Of a DNA stretch of 64,000 bases, positions 54,539 through 64,000 are shown piece after piece. Within the stretch, counting starts at the first letter, position 1, and every line of letters begins with the position of its first letter. The DNA comes from Clostridia bacterium. GTDB lineage: Bacteria; Bacillota; Clostridia; Oscillospirales; CAG-272. A model generated the notes under the pieces. The model was not told where the DNA came from. It did no database searches and worked only from the letters and a program-made list of their open reading frames with translations. Position numbers and translations under genes: made by a program. The DNA is taken from the NCBI GenBank assembly GCA_017508195.1, contig JAFVZL010000043.1:33657-97656 (forward strand), in the 5' to 3' direction.

Positions 54539-54571
54539 ACAGATTTCATCGACAGAAAGGAAACAATAAAA

Positions 54572-54955
54572 ATGAAAAAATATAACATCACCGTTAACGG
54601 TCATACATACGAGGTATTCGTTGAGGAGGCAGGCTCCGTTGCTTCTGCTCCCGTTGCAGCACCTGTATCCGCTCCCGTAGCTGCACCCGCTCCTGCCGCT
54701 GCTCCTGCTGCTCCCGCTGCCGCACCTGCCGGTGCTGATGGAGCCAACAAGGTTACTGCTCCCATGCCCGGTACCATCCTCGCAATTAAGGTTTCTGCCG
54801 GTCAGGCAGTAAAGAAGGGTGACGTTATCTGCGTGCTCGAGGCTATGAAGATGGAGAATGATATCCCCGCTCCCTCTGACGGTGTTATCGCTTCCGTTAA
54901 CGTACAGAAGGGCGCAAACGTTGCTTCGGGTGACGTTATCGCTACCATTAACTGA
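54572..54955 (+). CDS. Biotin carboxyl carrier protein (1.3S-like)
   Basis: Ala/Pro linker and biotinylation motif LEAMKMEN. Confidence 0.88.
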   Translation: MKKYNITVNGHTYEVFVEEAGSVASAPVAAPVSAPVAAPAPAAAPAAPAAAPAGADGANKVTAPMPGTILAIKVSAGQAVKKGDVICVLEAMKMENDIPAPSDGVIASVNVQKGANVASGDVIATIN

Positions 54956-54978
54956 TTACATAACAAGCAGGTGTAACA

Positions 54979-56439
54979 ATGGATAAACTTTTAGACTCCG
55001 TATTGTCGTTTCTTAAGACTACGGGTGTCTACCAGCTTTTTGCCGGTGGAGACTGGGTCAAGATCGCACAATACTTAATAATGTACGTCATCATTGGCGC
55101 ACTTCTTTATCTTGCAATAGTCAAAAAGTTCGAGCCCTTACTCCTTATGCCTATTGCGTTCGGTATGCTCCTCGCAAACCTTCCCGGAGCAAACCTTATA
55201 CATCTCGAATACTTCTTTGACGATTATTATTTCACACAGGTAGTCGGTACTGACGGTTTCCTAAACGCCGCTCCGCTTCAGATGGAGATAGATCAGTTCG
55301 TGAGCATTCTTACGCAGTACGGAATGGGTGACGTATTCACCGCCGGAACGATAGAAGGCACGCTTGATAAGATCTACACATTTAACCTTGCAAACCTCTC
55401 GCAGGAGCAGCTCGCCTTTGTCGAGTATGCATTCGATGCCTGCTTCAACGGCGTTGCTACCTTCTCTGAGGGTATCTATCACGTTAACATGACGACGATG
55501 ATAGGAGAGGTCGTTAACCACGGCGGTCTTATCGATATCCTCTATCTCGGTGTTAAGCTCGGTATTTATCCCTCGCTTATCTTCATGGGCGTTGGTGCTA
55601 TGACCGACTTCTCTCCCCTTATTGCTAACCCGAAATCGCTCCTTATGGGCGCGGGTGCACAGCTCGGAGTATTCTTTGCATTCTTTGGTGCTATCCTCAT
55701 CGGCTTCACTCCCTTTGAGGCAGGTGCTATCGGTATCATCGGCGGTGCTGACGGTCCTACTGCGATCCTCGTCACCAAAACGCTCGCACCTCACCTTCTC
55801 GGTGCTATCGCTATCGCGGCGTACTCCTACATGGCACTTATCCCGATCATTCAGCCTCCCTTCATGCGTCTGCTTACGACCGAGAAGGAGCGTAAGATCA
55901 GGATGGGCAACCTTCGTCCCGTTTCTCAGGCGGAGAAGGTACTCTTCCCCATTATCGTAACAGTTGTAGTTTGTCTTATTATTCCCGATGCTGCGGCACT
56001 TGTCGGCTTCCTTATGCTCGGCAACCTCTTTAACGTCTCGGGTGTTACCGACAGACTTTCAAAGACCTCGCAGAACGAGCTTTGCAACATCGTTACCATA
56101 TGCCTTGGCGTATCGGTCGGTGCTACCGCTAATGCTGAGAACTTCTTAAAGCTTGAGACCATCGGAATCATCGCACTCGGTCTTGTTGCGTTTATCATCT
56201 CGACCTGCGGCGGTCTTATAACCGGTAAGATCATGTGTTGGATCACAGGCGGCAAAATCAATCCTCTTATCGGCTCCGCCGGTGTATCTGCCGTTCCTAT
56301 GGCTGCGCGCGTTGCACAGGATGAGGGTCGTAAGGCTGATCCCTCTAACTTCCTTCTCATGCACGCGATGGGTCCCAACGTTGCCGGTGTTATCGGCTCT
56401 GCGGTTGCTGCGGGAGTATTCCTCAGCTTCTTCGCATAA
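54979..56439 (+). CDS. Na+-translocating decarboxylase beta subunit (OadB/MmdB/GcdB family)
   Basis: MGVGAMTDF, GIIGGADGPTA, GSAGVSAVPMAARV and LLMHAMGPNVAGVIGSA align by eye with Klebsiella OadB. Confidence 0.9.
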   Translation: MDKLLDSVLSFLKTTGVYQLFAGGDWVKIAQYLIMYVIIGALLYLAIVKKFEPLLLMPIAFGMLLANLPGANLIHLEYFFDDYYFTQVVGTDGFLNAAPLQMEIDQFVSILTQYGMGDVFTAGTIEGTLDKIYTFNLANLSQEQLAFVEYAFDACFNGVATFSEGIYHVNMTTMIGEVVNHGGLIDILYLGVKLGIYPSLIFMGVGAMTDFSPLIANPKSLLMGAGAQLGVFFAFFGAILIGFTPFEAGAIGIIGGADGPTAILVTKTLAPHLLGAIAIAAYSYMALIPIIQPPFMRLLTTEKERKIRMGNLRPVSQAEKVLFPIIVTVVVCLIIPDAAALVGFLMLGNLFNVSGVTDRLSKTSQNELCNIVTICLGVSVGATANAENFLKLETIGIIALGLVAFIISTCGGLITGKIMCWITGGKINPLIGSAGVSAVPMAARVAQDEGRKADPSNFLLMHAMGPNVAGVIGSAVAAGVFLSFFA

Positions 56440-56464
56440 CTAACTATTCAGAAAGGATCTCAAA

Positions 56465-57865
56465 ATGTCTAAAGTTCTTATAACTGAAACCGTCCTCAGA
56501 GATGCTCACCAGTCTCTTGCGGCAACCCGTATGACCACCGAGGAGATGCTCCCCATTCTCGACGAGATGGATAAGGTCGGCTACTACTCCCTCGAGGCAT
56601 GGGGCGGTGCTACCTTCGACTCCTGTCTCAGATTCCTTAACGAGGATCCCTGGGAGAGACTCCGTACTATAAAGGATCACTGCAAAAATACAAAGCTTCA
56701 GATGCTCTTCAGAGGTCAGAACATCCTCGGCTACCGTCACTATGCTGACGACGTGGTTGAGTACTTCGTTCAGAAGTCCATCGCAAACGGTATCGATATC
56801 ATCCGTATCTTCGATGCTCTCAACGATGCAAGAAACCTCGAGACCGCTATCAAGGCTACTATCAAGGAAGGCGGTCACGTTCAGGCTGCTATCTCCTACA
56901 CCACATCTCCCTTCCACACCAACGAGGGCTTTGCGTCCTATGCTAAGCAGCTTGAGGAGATGGGTGCTCATTCTATCTGTATCAAGGATATGTCGGGTCT
57001 TCTTAAGCCCTACGAGGCATTCCAGCTCGTTAAAACTATCAAGAATACCGTAAGCATTCCCGTTCAGCTTCATACTCACTACACCGCAGGTCTTGGCTCG
57101 ATGACCCTTCTCAAGGCTATCGAGGCCGGCGTTGACGGTGTTGATACCGCTATCTCACCTCTTGCAATGGGTACATCGCACACTCCCACCGAGTCGCTCG
57201 TTGCTACTCTTCAGGGTACTCCCTATGACACCGGTCTTGATCTTGCTAAGCTCGACGTTATCGCCAAGCACTTCAACGGTATCCGCGAAAAGTACATCGC
57301 ATCGGGTCTTATCGATCCCAAGGTTCTTAAGGTTGACGTTAACGCTCTGCGTTATCAGGTTCCCGGCGGTATGCTCTCGAACCTTATCTCCCAACTTAAG
57401 ATGGCAGGAAAGCTCGACAAGCTCGATGAGGTTCTCGAGGAGGTTGCAAACGTTCGTGCGGATGCGGGTTATCCTCCCCTCGTTACTCCTTCCTCGCAGA
57501 TCGTAGGTACTCAGGCAGTAAACAACGTTCTCTTTAACGAGGATGGCAGATACTCGAGAGTAACAAAGGAGTTCAAGGCTCTCGTTCGCGGTGAGTACGG
57601 CAGATGCCCTGCTCCCATTTCCGACGAGTTCAAGAAGAGGATTATCGGCGAGGATGAGGTTATCGATTACAGACCCGCTGACAAGATCGCACCCGAGATC
57701 GACTCTCTCCGTCAGAGAGTTGCTCCTTACCAGGAGCAGGATGAGGACCTTCTCTCTCTTGCGCTCTTCGAGCAGGTTGCTATCAAGTTCTTCGAGTGGA
57801 GAAAGCAGCGCAAGTACAATCTCGACACCAACGCAGACGTCGAGAACGGTATTCACTCCGTCTGA
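56465..57865 (+). CDS. Oxaloacetate decarboxylase alpha / pyruvate carboxyltransferase (5S-like), without a biotinyl domain
   Basis: ITETVLRDAHQSL...LEAWGGATFD...RGQN(I)LGY TIM-barrel carboxyltransferase signature. 466 aa and ends before any AMKM motif. Confidence 0.88.
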   Translation: MSKVLITETVLRDAHQSLAATRMTTEEMLPILDEMDKVGYYSLEAWGGATFDSCLRFLNEDPWERLRTIKDHCKNTKLQMLFRGQNILGYRHYADDVVEYFVQKSIANGIDIIRIFDALNDARNLETAIKATIKEGGHVQAAISYTTSPFHTNEGFASYAKQLEEMGAHSICIKDMSGLLKPYEAFQLVKTIKNTVSIPVQLHTHYTAGLGSMTLLKAIEAGVDGVDTAISPLAMGTSHTPTESLVATLQGTPYDTGLDLAKLDVIAKHFNGIREKYIASGLIDPKVLKVDVNALRYQVPGGMLSNLISQLKMAGKLDKLDEVLEEVANVRADAGYPPLVTPSSQIVGTQAVNNVLFNEDGRYSRVTKEFKALVRGEYGRCPAPISDEFKKRIIGEDEVIDYRPADKIAPEIDSLRQRVAPYQEQDEDLLSLALFEQVAIKFFEWRKQRKYNLDTNADVENGIHSV

Positions 57866-57934
57866 TTTTCTCAACCTAAGGTTGTGAGTGCTCCGAAACA
57901 GATGCGCTCAACACCGGATATAAACAAAAAGCTT

Positions 57935-57969
57935 AACGGTGGAACTTTGTGTTCCACCGTTTTCTCTTT
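57935..57969 (+). terminator. Terminator after the decarboxylase operon
   Basis: AACGGTGGAAC-tttgt-GTTCCACCGTT followed by TTCTCTTT. Confidence 0.7.
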
Positions 57970-58043
57970 AAAGTGTTGCACTTCTATTGACAATTCACTC
58001 TTTGTTTTATAAAAGTCCGGCTGATTAATCAATGACAGCTTTT

Positions 58044-58077
58044 ATGAAAAAACGAGGCTGAGCAGCCGCTCAGCCTC
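58044..58077 (-). terminator. Terminator after ftsH
   Basis: Minus strand: GAGGCTGAGC-ggct-GCTCAGCCTC followed by GTTTTTT. Confidence 0.75.
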
Positions 58078-58087
58078 TTAAAAATAT

Positions 58088-60244
58088 TTATTTTTTGGTT
58101 TCGTCCCCGGGATCTTCTACAGTATCTGCCGCTTCATCAGTGGCTTCAACACTGTTTTCCTCGGAATTCGAGCCTTCATCAGCTACCGTCTCAAAAACGG
58201 CATCGTCAGCCGGCTCATCTTCAACGGTCTCACCGAACGCCTCGCGCACGAGTCTTTCTCTCTCCTTTTCAAGGTCGCGCTCACCGTCGTCCTTTTTCTT
58301 TGACTCCGCGTTTTTATTTTCCTCATCGCTCTTGCGCTTACGCTCAATAGCGATTTCCTCGATTTCCTCGAAGGTGGGATTGTCGCGCTCCATAGCGGCG
58401 AGGAATTGCTCCTCGTCCATAAACTCGTTCTTAAGAAGGAACTCAGCTACAAAATGAAGCTTATCGAGATGCTCACGAAGTATCTTCTCACACCTCTCGT
58501 AAGAGGATTGTATGATGGAACGGATCTCATCATCGATCTCAGCCGCAGTCTTCTCGGAGTAATTCTTACCTGATGAGAAGTCTCTGCCGAGGAATACCTC
58601 GTCTGAGGAGTGCTCAGTACCGTAAAGGACAGTACCAAGCTTCTCACTCATACCGTAGCGTGTGACCATGTTTCTCGCGGTAGCGGTAACGTGCTGTATA
58701 TCGCTGGATGCACCGGTGGAAATATCGTCTAAAACGATGGCCTCTGCAACACGACCGCCAAGTCCGAGCACTATGCTGTCAAGCATAGCATTTTTCGACG
58801 ATCCCATTCTGTCCTCGGTGGGAACACTGAGCGTTACGCCGCCCGCGTTGCCTGCGGGAATAATAGTGATATGCTTAACGGGATCGGTGTTCTCACAGTA
58901 GTAAGATGCAACTGCGTGACCTGCCTCGTGATATGCACAAAGCTTATTGTCTGCCTCGCGTCTGACCTTACTCTTCTTCTGAGGACCGAGAAGTATCTTC
59001 ATATAAGATTCCTCAATATCCTCCATACCGATAAGCGACTTATTTTTCTTAGCGGCTCTGAGTGCCGCCTCGTTCATAAGGTTTGCAAGCTCAGCACCGG
59101 TGAAACCGATAGTAGTCTGTGCGATCTTGTGAAGGTCGACCGTCTCCTCCAGGGGCTTATTACGACAATGGACCTTGAGGATCTCTTCTCTACCCTTCAT
59201 ATCGGGATAGTTGACGGTAATCTGTCTGTCAAAACGACCGGGACGCAAAAGTGCCGGGTCAAGGATATCGGGACGGTTAGTAGCCGCCATAACGATAACG
59301 CCCGAGTTGGTGCCAAAGCCGTCCATCTCAACGAGAAGCTGGTTAAGTGTCTGCTCTCTTTCATCGTGTCCGCCACCGAGACCTGCGCCTCTGTGACGTC
59401 CTACCGCATCAATCTCATCAATAAATATAATACTTGCAGGGGTCTTTCTTGCGTTCTCAAAGAGATCACGGACACGGGAAGCACCGACACCGACATACAT
59501 TTCAACAAAGTCAGAGCCCGAGATCGAGAAGAACGGAACACCTGCCTCGCCCGCAACAGCCTTTGCAAGGAGGGTTTTACCCGTACCGGGAGGGCCTACA
59601 AGTAACACACCGCGAGGAATTCTCGCACCGAGCTTAACGAATTTATCGGGATCCTTAAGGAATTCGACAACCTCTTCGAGCTCAGCCTTTTCCTCATCAG
59701 CACCTGCTACGTCGGCAAATTTAACGGCATCCTTGTCTCCGCTCGAAACCTTAGCGTGTGACTTTGAGAAGGAGTTGAGCTTTCCGCCGCCCGCCCCCGC
59801 GGAACGGATAACGAATATCATCATGACTATAAGGAGCACGCCAACAATGATATAGGGTAGGTATATCTGGTACCATGGAGCCTCCGCAGGACGCTCAAAA
59901 TTATACTCCTCGAGGTTCTTCAATTCTCCCTCAGAGATAATCTTATCCAATCTTTCGAGCTGGAATGTATCGGTGAATGCATACGATTCACTCTTGGTAA
60001 TAACCTTTCCGCTCTCATCCAGGACAGGATTTTTGTTTTCATCGAGATCACAATAATTTACAGTGATCACGGAGTTTCCATTCACGTTAAAGGATATAAC
60101 TCTGTCCGCCTCAAACAACTCGATCAGATCGCTGTACGTGAAAACGTCTCCTCCCGCAGCTGGCATAGAAAAAATCGAAACCGCCGTTATCATGACGGCA
60201 ACGATCAGGACAAGCATTATGATGCCCTTAAAATTAAACTTCAC
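58088..60244 (-). CDS. ftsH: ATP-dependent zinc metalloprotease FtsH (long acidic C-terminal tail)
   Basis: Two TM helices, Walker A GPPGTGKT, zinc site HEAGHA. About 90 aa of Glu/Asp-rich C-terminus. Confidence 0.95.
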   Translation of the reverse strand: MKFNFKGIIMLVLIVAVMITAVSIFSMPAAGGDVFTYSDLIELFEADRVISFNVNGNSVITVNYCDLDENKNPVLDESGKVITKSESYAFTDTFQLERLDKIISEGELKNLEEYNFERPAEAPWYQIYLPYIIVGVLLIVMMIFVIRSAGAGGGKLNSFSKSHAKVSSGDKDAVKFADVAGADEEKAELEEVVEFLKDPDKFVKLGARIPRGVLLVGPPGTGKTLLAKAVAGEAGVPFFSISGSDFVEMYVGVGASRVRDLFENARKTPASIIFIDEIDAVGRHRGAGLGGGHDEREQTLNQLLVEMDGFGTNSGVIVMAATNRPDILDPALLRPGRFDRQITVNYPDMKGREEILKVHCRNKPLEETVDLHKIAQTTIGFTGAELANLMNEAALRAAKKNKSLIGMEDIEESYMKILLGPQKKSKVRREADNKLCAYHEAGHAVASYYCENTDPVKHITIIPAGNAGGVTLSVPTEDRMGSSKNAMLDSIVLGLGGRVAEAIVLDDISTGASSDIQHVTATARNMVTRYGMSEKLGTVLYGTEHSSDEVFLGRDFSSGKNYSEKTAAEIDDEIRSIIQSSYERCEKILREHLDKLHFVAEFLLKNEFMDEEQFLAAMERDNPTFEEIEEIAIERKRKSDEENKNAESKKKDDGERDLEKERERLVREAFGETVEDEPADDAVFETVADEGSNSEENSVEATDEAADTVEDPGDETKK

Positions 60245-60274
60245 AAAGCCACCAAACCTTTCCGAAGCCTCAAC

Positions 60275-61708
60275 TCAGGCTTCCGTTAATGCCGAATAAA
60301 GCTCTTCCTCATCCCCGTTAAGGAGAACGGAAAAGCTGATTGGTCTTTTTTCATCCGATCTGACTCCGTCGTCACGAACTCCAAGACCGGGCACCCAAAC
60401 GATGCCCTTATCATCAAATACGACCGGTACTCTCCCCCTTTTCGAGGGCGGAATTCCTCTGTCGTTGAATACCTTCTTCAATTTATGAGTCATGCCACCG
60501 TAGAAGTAGGCATCACCATCGCGCCTGAAGCGCACACGCAAACTACCTATAATTATAGCAGATGATAAATTCTGTTGTATTGAGATTTTGTAAACATTTG
60601 ACGAAGACTCTTTGAATTCGCCAAGCGTTATAACCGCAGAATATTTTCCGAGCTTGTTTTCTCCCTCTTTAAGCTCAATACAAAAATCGAGATCGTTATC
60701 GGGATAAGCACTCAGAGATATATAACATTTTCCACGCTCGCATACAAATTCTTTCCCACCATCAAGCGAGTACCTGAAATTATCCGAGCGAAGAAGATCG
60801 GATATAGCAGTTATCTGCTTACGGTCAAGCCCTGAAACACCGTTGTGATCACAAAAGGCACCGACAGCACGACTGAGAACGGACGGATGAAGTCCGATAA
60901 GCATATCACGATCAAGCATCTTAGACGAAAATACATCGGGATCCATAGTGCTGCTTATATAATCGAGATCAGCTCTCAGCGCATCGGTAAACGAGCCGAA
61001 CGCTTCCTCAAAACGAGGGTTAAGGTGAGATAAGCGCGGAAGAATTTCATGCCGTATATAGTTTCTCGAATATTCGGACGAATAATTCGTGCTATCGGTC
61101 ACATAGTCGATTTTATTCTCATCAAGAAGCCCCACGATCATGCTCTTCGGAATATTGATAAGGGGACGGATGATATTGTCTCTAATAGGCGCAATGCCCG
61201 TAGCACCTTTAGAGCCCGCACCGCGAGTCAGATTAAATATAACCGTCTCTACATTGTCAGTAGAATTGTGAGCGGTAGCAATAACGGAAATATCATTTCT
61301 GCCCTTGATTATATCATCAAAAGCCGAATATCTTGCATCTCGCGCTGCTTCCTCAAGCCCCTTTCCGCTCTCTTTTGAAAGCGTGGGAATATCGAGTGAG
61401 ACCGAAACGAATTCAAGCCCCAACGATTCTGCAAAGGCACGTGAAAAGTCCTCATCGCGCTTAGCCTCAGCACCTCTGATACCGTGATTAACGTGGCATA
61501 GAACAAGCTGAAAATCAGCACCCGTACGCCTTTTGTATTCAACGAGCAAAGAGGCAAGAAAGACAGAATCGGCACCGCCCGAGAAGCCGAGAAGCACCCC
61601 GGAGCAAAGCATATTATCCATACCGTGAGTGTGCATAGTGCTTAGGACGGTATTATAGACCGTATTTCCCTTACGAGAGAGAAAAAGCTCTTTGATTTTT
61701 TTATCCAT
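60275..61708 (-). CDS. tilS: tRNA(Ile)-lysidine synthase
   Basis: PP-loop GFSGGADSVF. tilS-ftsH gene order. 477 aa. Confidence 0.88.
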   Translation of the reverse strand: MDKKIKELFLSRKGNTVYNTVLSTMHTHGMDNMLCSGVLLGFSGGADSVFLASLLVEYKRRTGADFQLVLCHVNHGIRGAEAKRDEDFSRAFAESLGLEFVSVSLDIPTLSKESGKGLEEAARDARYSAFDDIIKGRNDISVIATAHNSTDNVETVIFNLTRGAGSKGATGIAPIRDNIIRPLINIPKSMIVGLLDENKIDYVTDSTNYSSEYSRNYIRHEILPRLSHLNPRFEEAFGSFTDALRADLDYISSTMDPDVFSSKMLDRDMLIGLHPSVLSRAVGAFCDHNGVSGLDRKQITAISDLLRSDNFRYSLDGGKEFVCERGKCYISLSAYPDNDLDFCIELKEGENKLGKYSAVITLGEFKESSSNVYKISIQQNLSSAIIIGSLRVRFRRDGDAYFYGGMTHKLKKVFNDRGIPPSKRGRVPVVFDDKGIVWVPGLGVRDDGVRSDEKRPISFSVLLNGDEEELYSALTEA

Positions 61709-63080
61709 TCTGAATAGAGTCGGTATCGAGAGTTCTGAACTTAGTAAATTTACTTATCCAACCCATCTTGATATTACCGACAGCTCCGTGTCTGTTTTTG
61801 GCTACGATGATCTCGGCGGTATTCGCACTGCTCTCCGCACCCGCATCCTCACCGTCCGCCGTGCCGGCGATATCCTTATAATACTCATCACGGTAAAGGA
61901 AAAGAACTATATCTGCATCCTGCTCGATGGAACCGGAGTCACGGAGATCGGCAAGAGTAGGCTTCTTACCGACGCCGGGTCTGGACTCAGTGCCTCTGTT
62001 AAGCTGAGCGCAGCATACGATCGGCACACCGAACTCTTTAGCCATTATCTTAAGATTTCTTGAAATTTCTCCAACCTGCTGAGCTCTGTTGTCAGAATTC
62101 GAGGTAGACTGCATAAGACCGATATAGTCAATTACGACCATACCGAGGTTTGGAACGCGTCTGAGCTTTGTTTTCATCTCGGTCGCGGTAATCTGCGAGG
62201 TATCATCGATATAGATATCACATCCGGAAAGAGACTGCACAACCTCTGCGATGCTGCTCCAATCCTCGGGGGTTATCTGACCGGTTCTGAGCTTATGAGA
62301 ATCGACAAGCGCCTCACTCGAAAGAATACGCGTTACAAGCTGCTCGCATGACATCTCAAGAGAGAATACCGCAACCGACTTTCCCGATCGCTTGGCAACG
62401 TTTGTTGCAATATTCAGTACGAAAGAGGTTTTACCCATACCGGGACGCGCACCAACGATCACAAGGTCGCCCTTACCCATCTGCACGAGCATACGGTCAA
62501 GATCCGAAAAGCCGGTCTTTACTCCCGATACTGCGCCCCTGTTCTCCGCTGTGACCTGCAGGTCAACGTAAACGTCACGCAGGACGTCGCTGATATGTCT
62601 GAACTCCTTAGTCTCATTGCCCTGTGCTATATCGAAAATCTTCTGCTCAGCACTGTCGAGAATGGTTCTTACAGGAGATGCATCCTCGTATGCTGAACGG
62701 TTGATATCGTCGCAGGCATCTATAAGATGTCTGAGGATAGACTTCTCCTTGACGATACGTGCATAGTCCTTAACGTTCGAGACTGCCGGAACGGAGTTTG
62801 TGATAAGGGCTATGTACTGTATACTGCTCTCCTGCGTTCTTCCGCTGAACTCGGAAAGCTCGCTTACAAGAGTAACCGAGTCAATCGTTTTGTTCTGCAT
62901 GTACATACGCGTGAGAGTAGTAAAAATATTCCTGTGATCCTCGAGATAGAAATCCTCGGCAGTGATCATACCGCCAATCGTATCGTACACCTTGGGATCG
63001 ATTATGATAGCACCAAGCACTGCCTGCTCCGCCTCGATGGAAATCGGAGCCTGCTTGATGATCTGGTTATTTGAATCCAT
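61701..63080 (-). CDS. dnaB: Replicative DNA helicase
   Basis: PISIEAEQAVLGAII N-terminus, Walker A GARPGMGKT. rplI-dnaB gene order. Confidence 0.95.
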   Translation of the reverse strand: MDSNNQIIKQAPISIEAEQAVLGAIIIDPKVYDTIGGMITAEDFYLEDHRNIFTTLTRMYMQNKTIDSVTLVSELSEFSGRTQESSIQYIALITNSVPAVSNVKDYARIVKEKSILRHLIDACDDINRSAYEDASPVRTILDSAEQKIFDIAQGNETKEFRHISDVLRDVYVDLQVTAENRGAVSGVKTGFSDLDRMLVQMGKGDLVIVGARPGMGKTSFVLNIATNVAKRSGKSVAVFSLEMSCEQLVTRILSSEALVDSHKLRTGQITPEDWSSIAEVVQSLSGCDIYIDDTSQITATEMKTKLRRVPNLGMVVIDYIGLMQSTSNSDNRAQQVGEISRNLKIMAKEFGVPIVCCAQLNRGTESRPGVGKKPTLADLRDSGSIEQDADIVLFLYRDEYYKDIAGTADGEDAGAESSANTAEIIVAKNRHGAVGNIKMGWISKFTKFRTLDTDSIQNG

Positions 63081-63112
63081 ATGCTCGTCCTTCTACGAAT
63101 TATGATTTAACC

Positions 63113-63556
63113 TTAGTCGTGAACGTGAACAGTAAACGTAGCGGTAATATCGGAGAGAAGCTTTATCTCAACGGAATATTTGCCGTAAGCCTTGATAGCC
63201 TCCTTAAGGAGAAGCTTACGCTTGTCAACGTCCTGACCTATCTTCTTAGAGAGTTCGGTTGCGATATCCTTCGCGGTAACCGATCCGTATAGTCTGCCGT
63301 CCTGACCGTGGCCCATCTGTATCGATATCTCGACAGCCTTTATTCTCTCCGCGAGAGCCAGAGCTGCCTTTCTGTCCTCATTAACACGGTACTGACGCGA
63401 TTCCTCTCTGCCGCGAAGCTCACTTATCGCCTTTGCATCTGCGGGAATAGCCTTTTTCTGGGGAAAGAGAAAATTTCTCGCGTAACCGTCAGATACCTCG
63501 ACGATCTGATCCTTCTTTCCGTGTCCTTTAACATCTACAAGTAAAATAACTTTCAT
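63113..63556 (-). CDS. rplI: 50S ribosomal protein L9
   Basis: [32 protein letters not shown]. 147 aa. Confidence 0.95.
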   Translation of the reverse strand: MKVILLVDVKGHGKKDQIVEVSDGYARNFLFPQKKAIPADAKAISELRGREESRQYRVNEDRKAALALAERIKAVEISIQMGHGQDGRLYGSVTAKDIATELSKKIGQDVDKRKLLLKEAIKAYGKYSVEIKLLSDITATFTVHVHD

Positions 63557-63575
63557 TTTGTCACCTCAAATTTTC

Positions 63576-64000
63576 TTAAGCATCAAGATAATCGTCAATG
63601 CTTGCCTTCAACTGCTCAAGCACGCTGAGCACAGACTCATTTACAACCTGAGCACCCGCAACGTCAAAATGACCGCCGCCGTTAAGCTTCTCGAGTATGA
63701 GCTGTACGTTGACAGATCCGTTGGATCTGCCCGAAATGTGTATCTGATCTCCGATACGGACAAGAGTAAATGCTGCATCGATACCGCGAAGCGTCAGCAT
63801 CTTATCCGCTGCCTTCGATGCAATTATTCTGTAAGTTTCATCGGTGTCACCGTCACACGAGGATATGGCAATATTGCCCCTGTAAGTGGTGATAGATGTA
63901 TGGAATCTGGACTCCTTACGGAGATCGTCTGCGGGAGTCTTAAATAACGTATAAACGTCTGTGGGGTTTGCACCTGCGCCACGCAGATACTGCGCAGAGC
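63576..64000 (-). CDS. gdpP: DHH/DHHA1 phosphoesterase, GdpP-like c-di-AMP phosphodiesterase, C-terminal part (5' end outside the window)
   Basis: The minus-strand frame is open to the window edge (checked by hand). DHHA1 motif LNGGGHFDVAGAQ. Conserved position upstream of rplI-dnaB. Confidence 0.7.
   Translation of the reverse strand, partial: SAQYLRGAGANPTDVYTLFKTPADDLRKESRFHTSITTYRGNIAISSCDGDTDETYRIIASKAADKMLTLRGIDAAFTLVRIGDQIHISGRSNGSVNVQLILEKLNGGGHFDVAGAQVVNESVLSVLEQLKASIDDYLDA

Overview
The window is a mostly housekeeping chromosomal segment from an endospore-forming Firmicute. The Clostridia-like assignment is an inference from gene content (spoIIID, cwlD-like, pdaA-like, dac) and gene order (gdpP-rplI-dnaB, tilS-ftsH, rpmG-secE-nusG-rplK-rplA). 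I support about 70 CDS, 4 tRNAs (Arg-TCT, His-GTG, Val-GAC, Ser-GGA), and several near-consensus sigma-A promoters and intrinsic terminators. Three of the CDS are below the ORF-track cutoff: rpmG, rpsU and a 51-aa acidic protein. Recognisable blocks are listed here.
- A glycogen operon (glgD-glgA-glgP-GH13).
- The ribosomal/secE/nusG cluster.
- An NfeD/SPFH pair.
- clpC preceded by three cell-wall-binding genes.
- prs, an Rrf2 regulator, lgt and folD.
- pgi, aspartokinase, an EF-G2-like paralog and radA.
- A five-gene Na+-translocating biotin decarboxylase cluster carrying two different carboxyltransferases.

I see no rRNA, CRISPR array, IS element or clear prophage, and I cannot identify any known defence system. 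The signals least explained by ordinary annotation are these.
1. A structured element of about 140-155 nt lies between a converging CDS and a tRNA gene at two loci (tRNA-Val and tRNA-Ser). The two copies share conserved blocks and a fully compensated hairpin. One locus also carries a perfect 72-bp direct repeat, and the other a 16-bp duplication of a terminator arm.
2. Three alpha/beta-hydrolase paralogs sit in tandem, and the middle copy has lost both the Ser nucleophile and the His of the triad.
3. A 278-aa protein with 20 cysteines and no recognisable family sits near a 133-aa minimal P-loop protein.
4. An 864-bp AT-rich non-coding gap contains a perfect 12-bp palindrome.

All functional calls come from motif recognition by eye. 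No database search was run.
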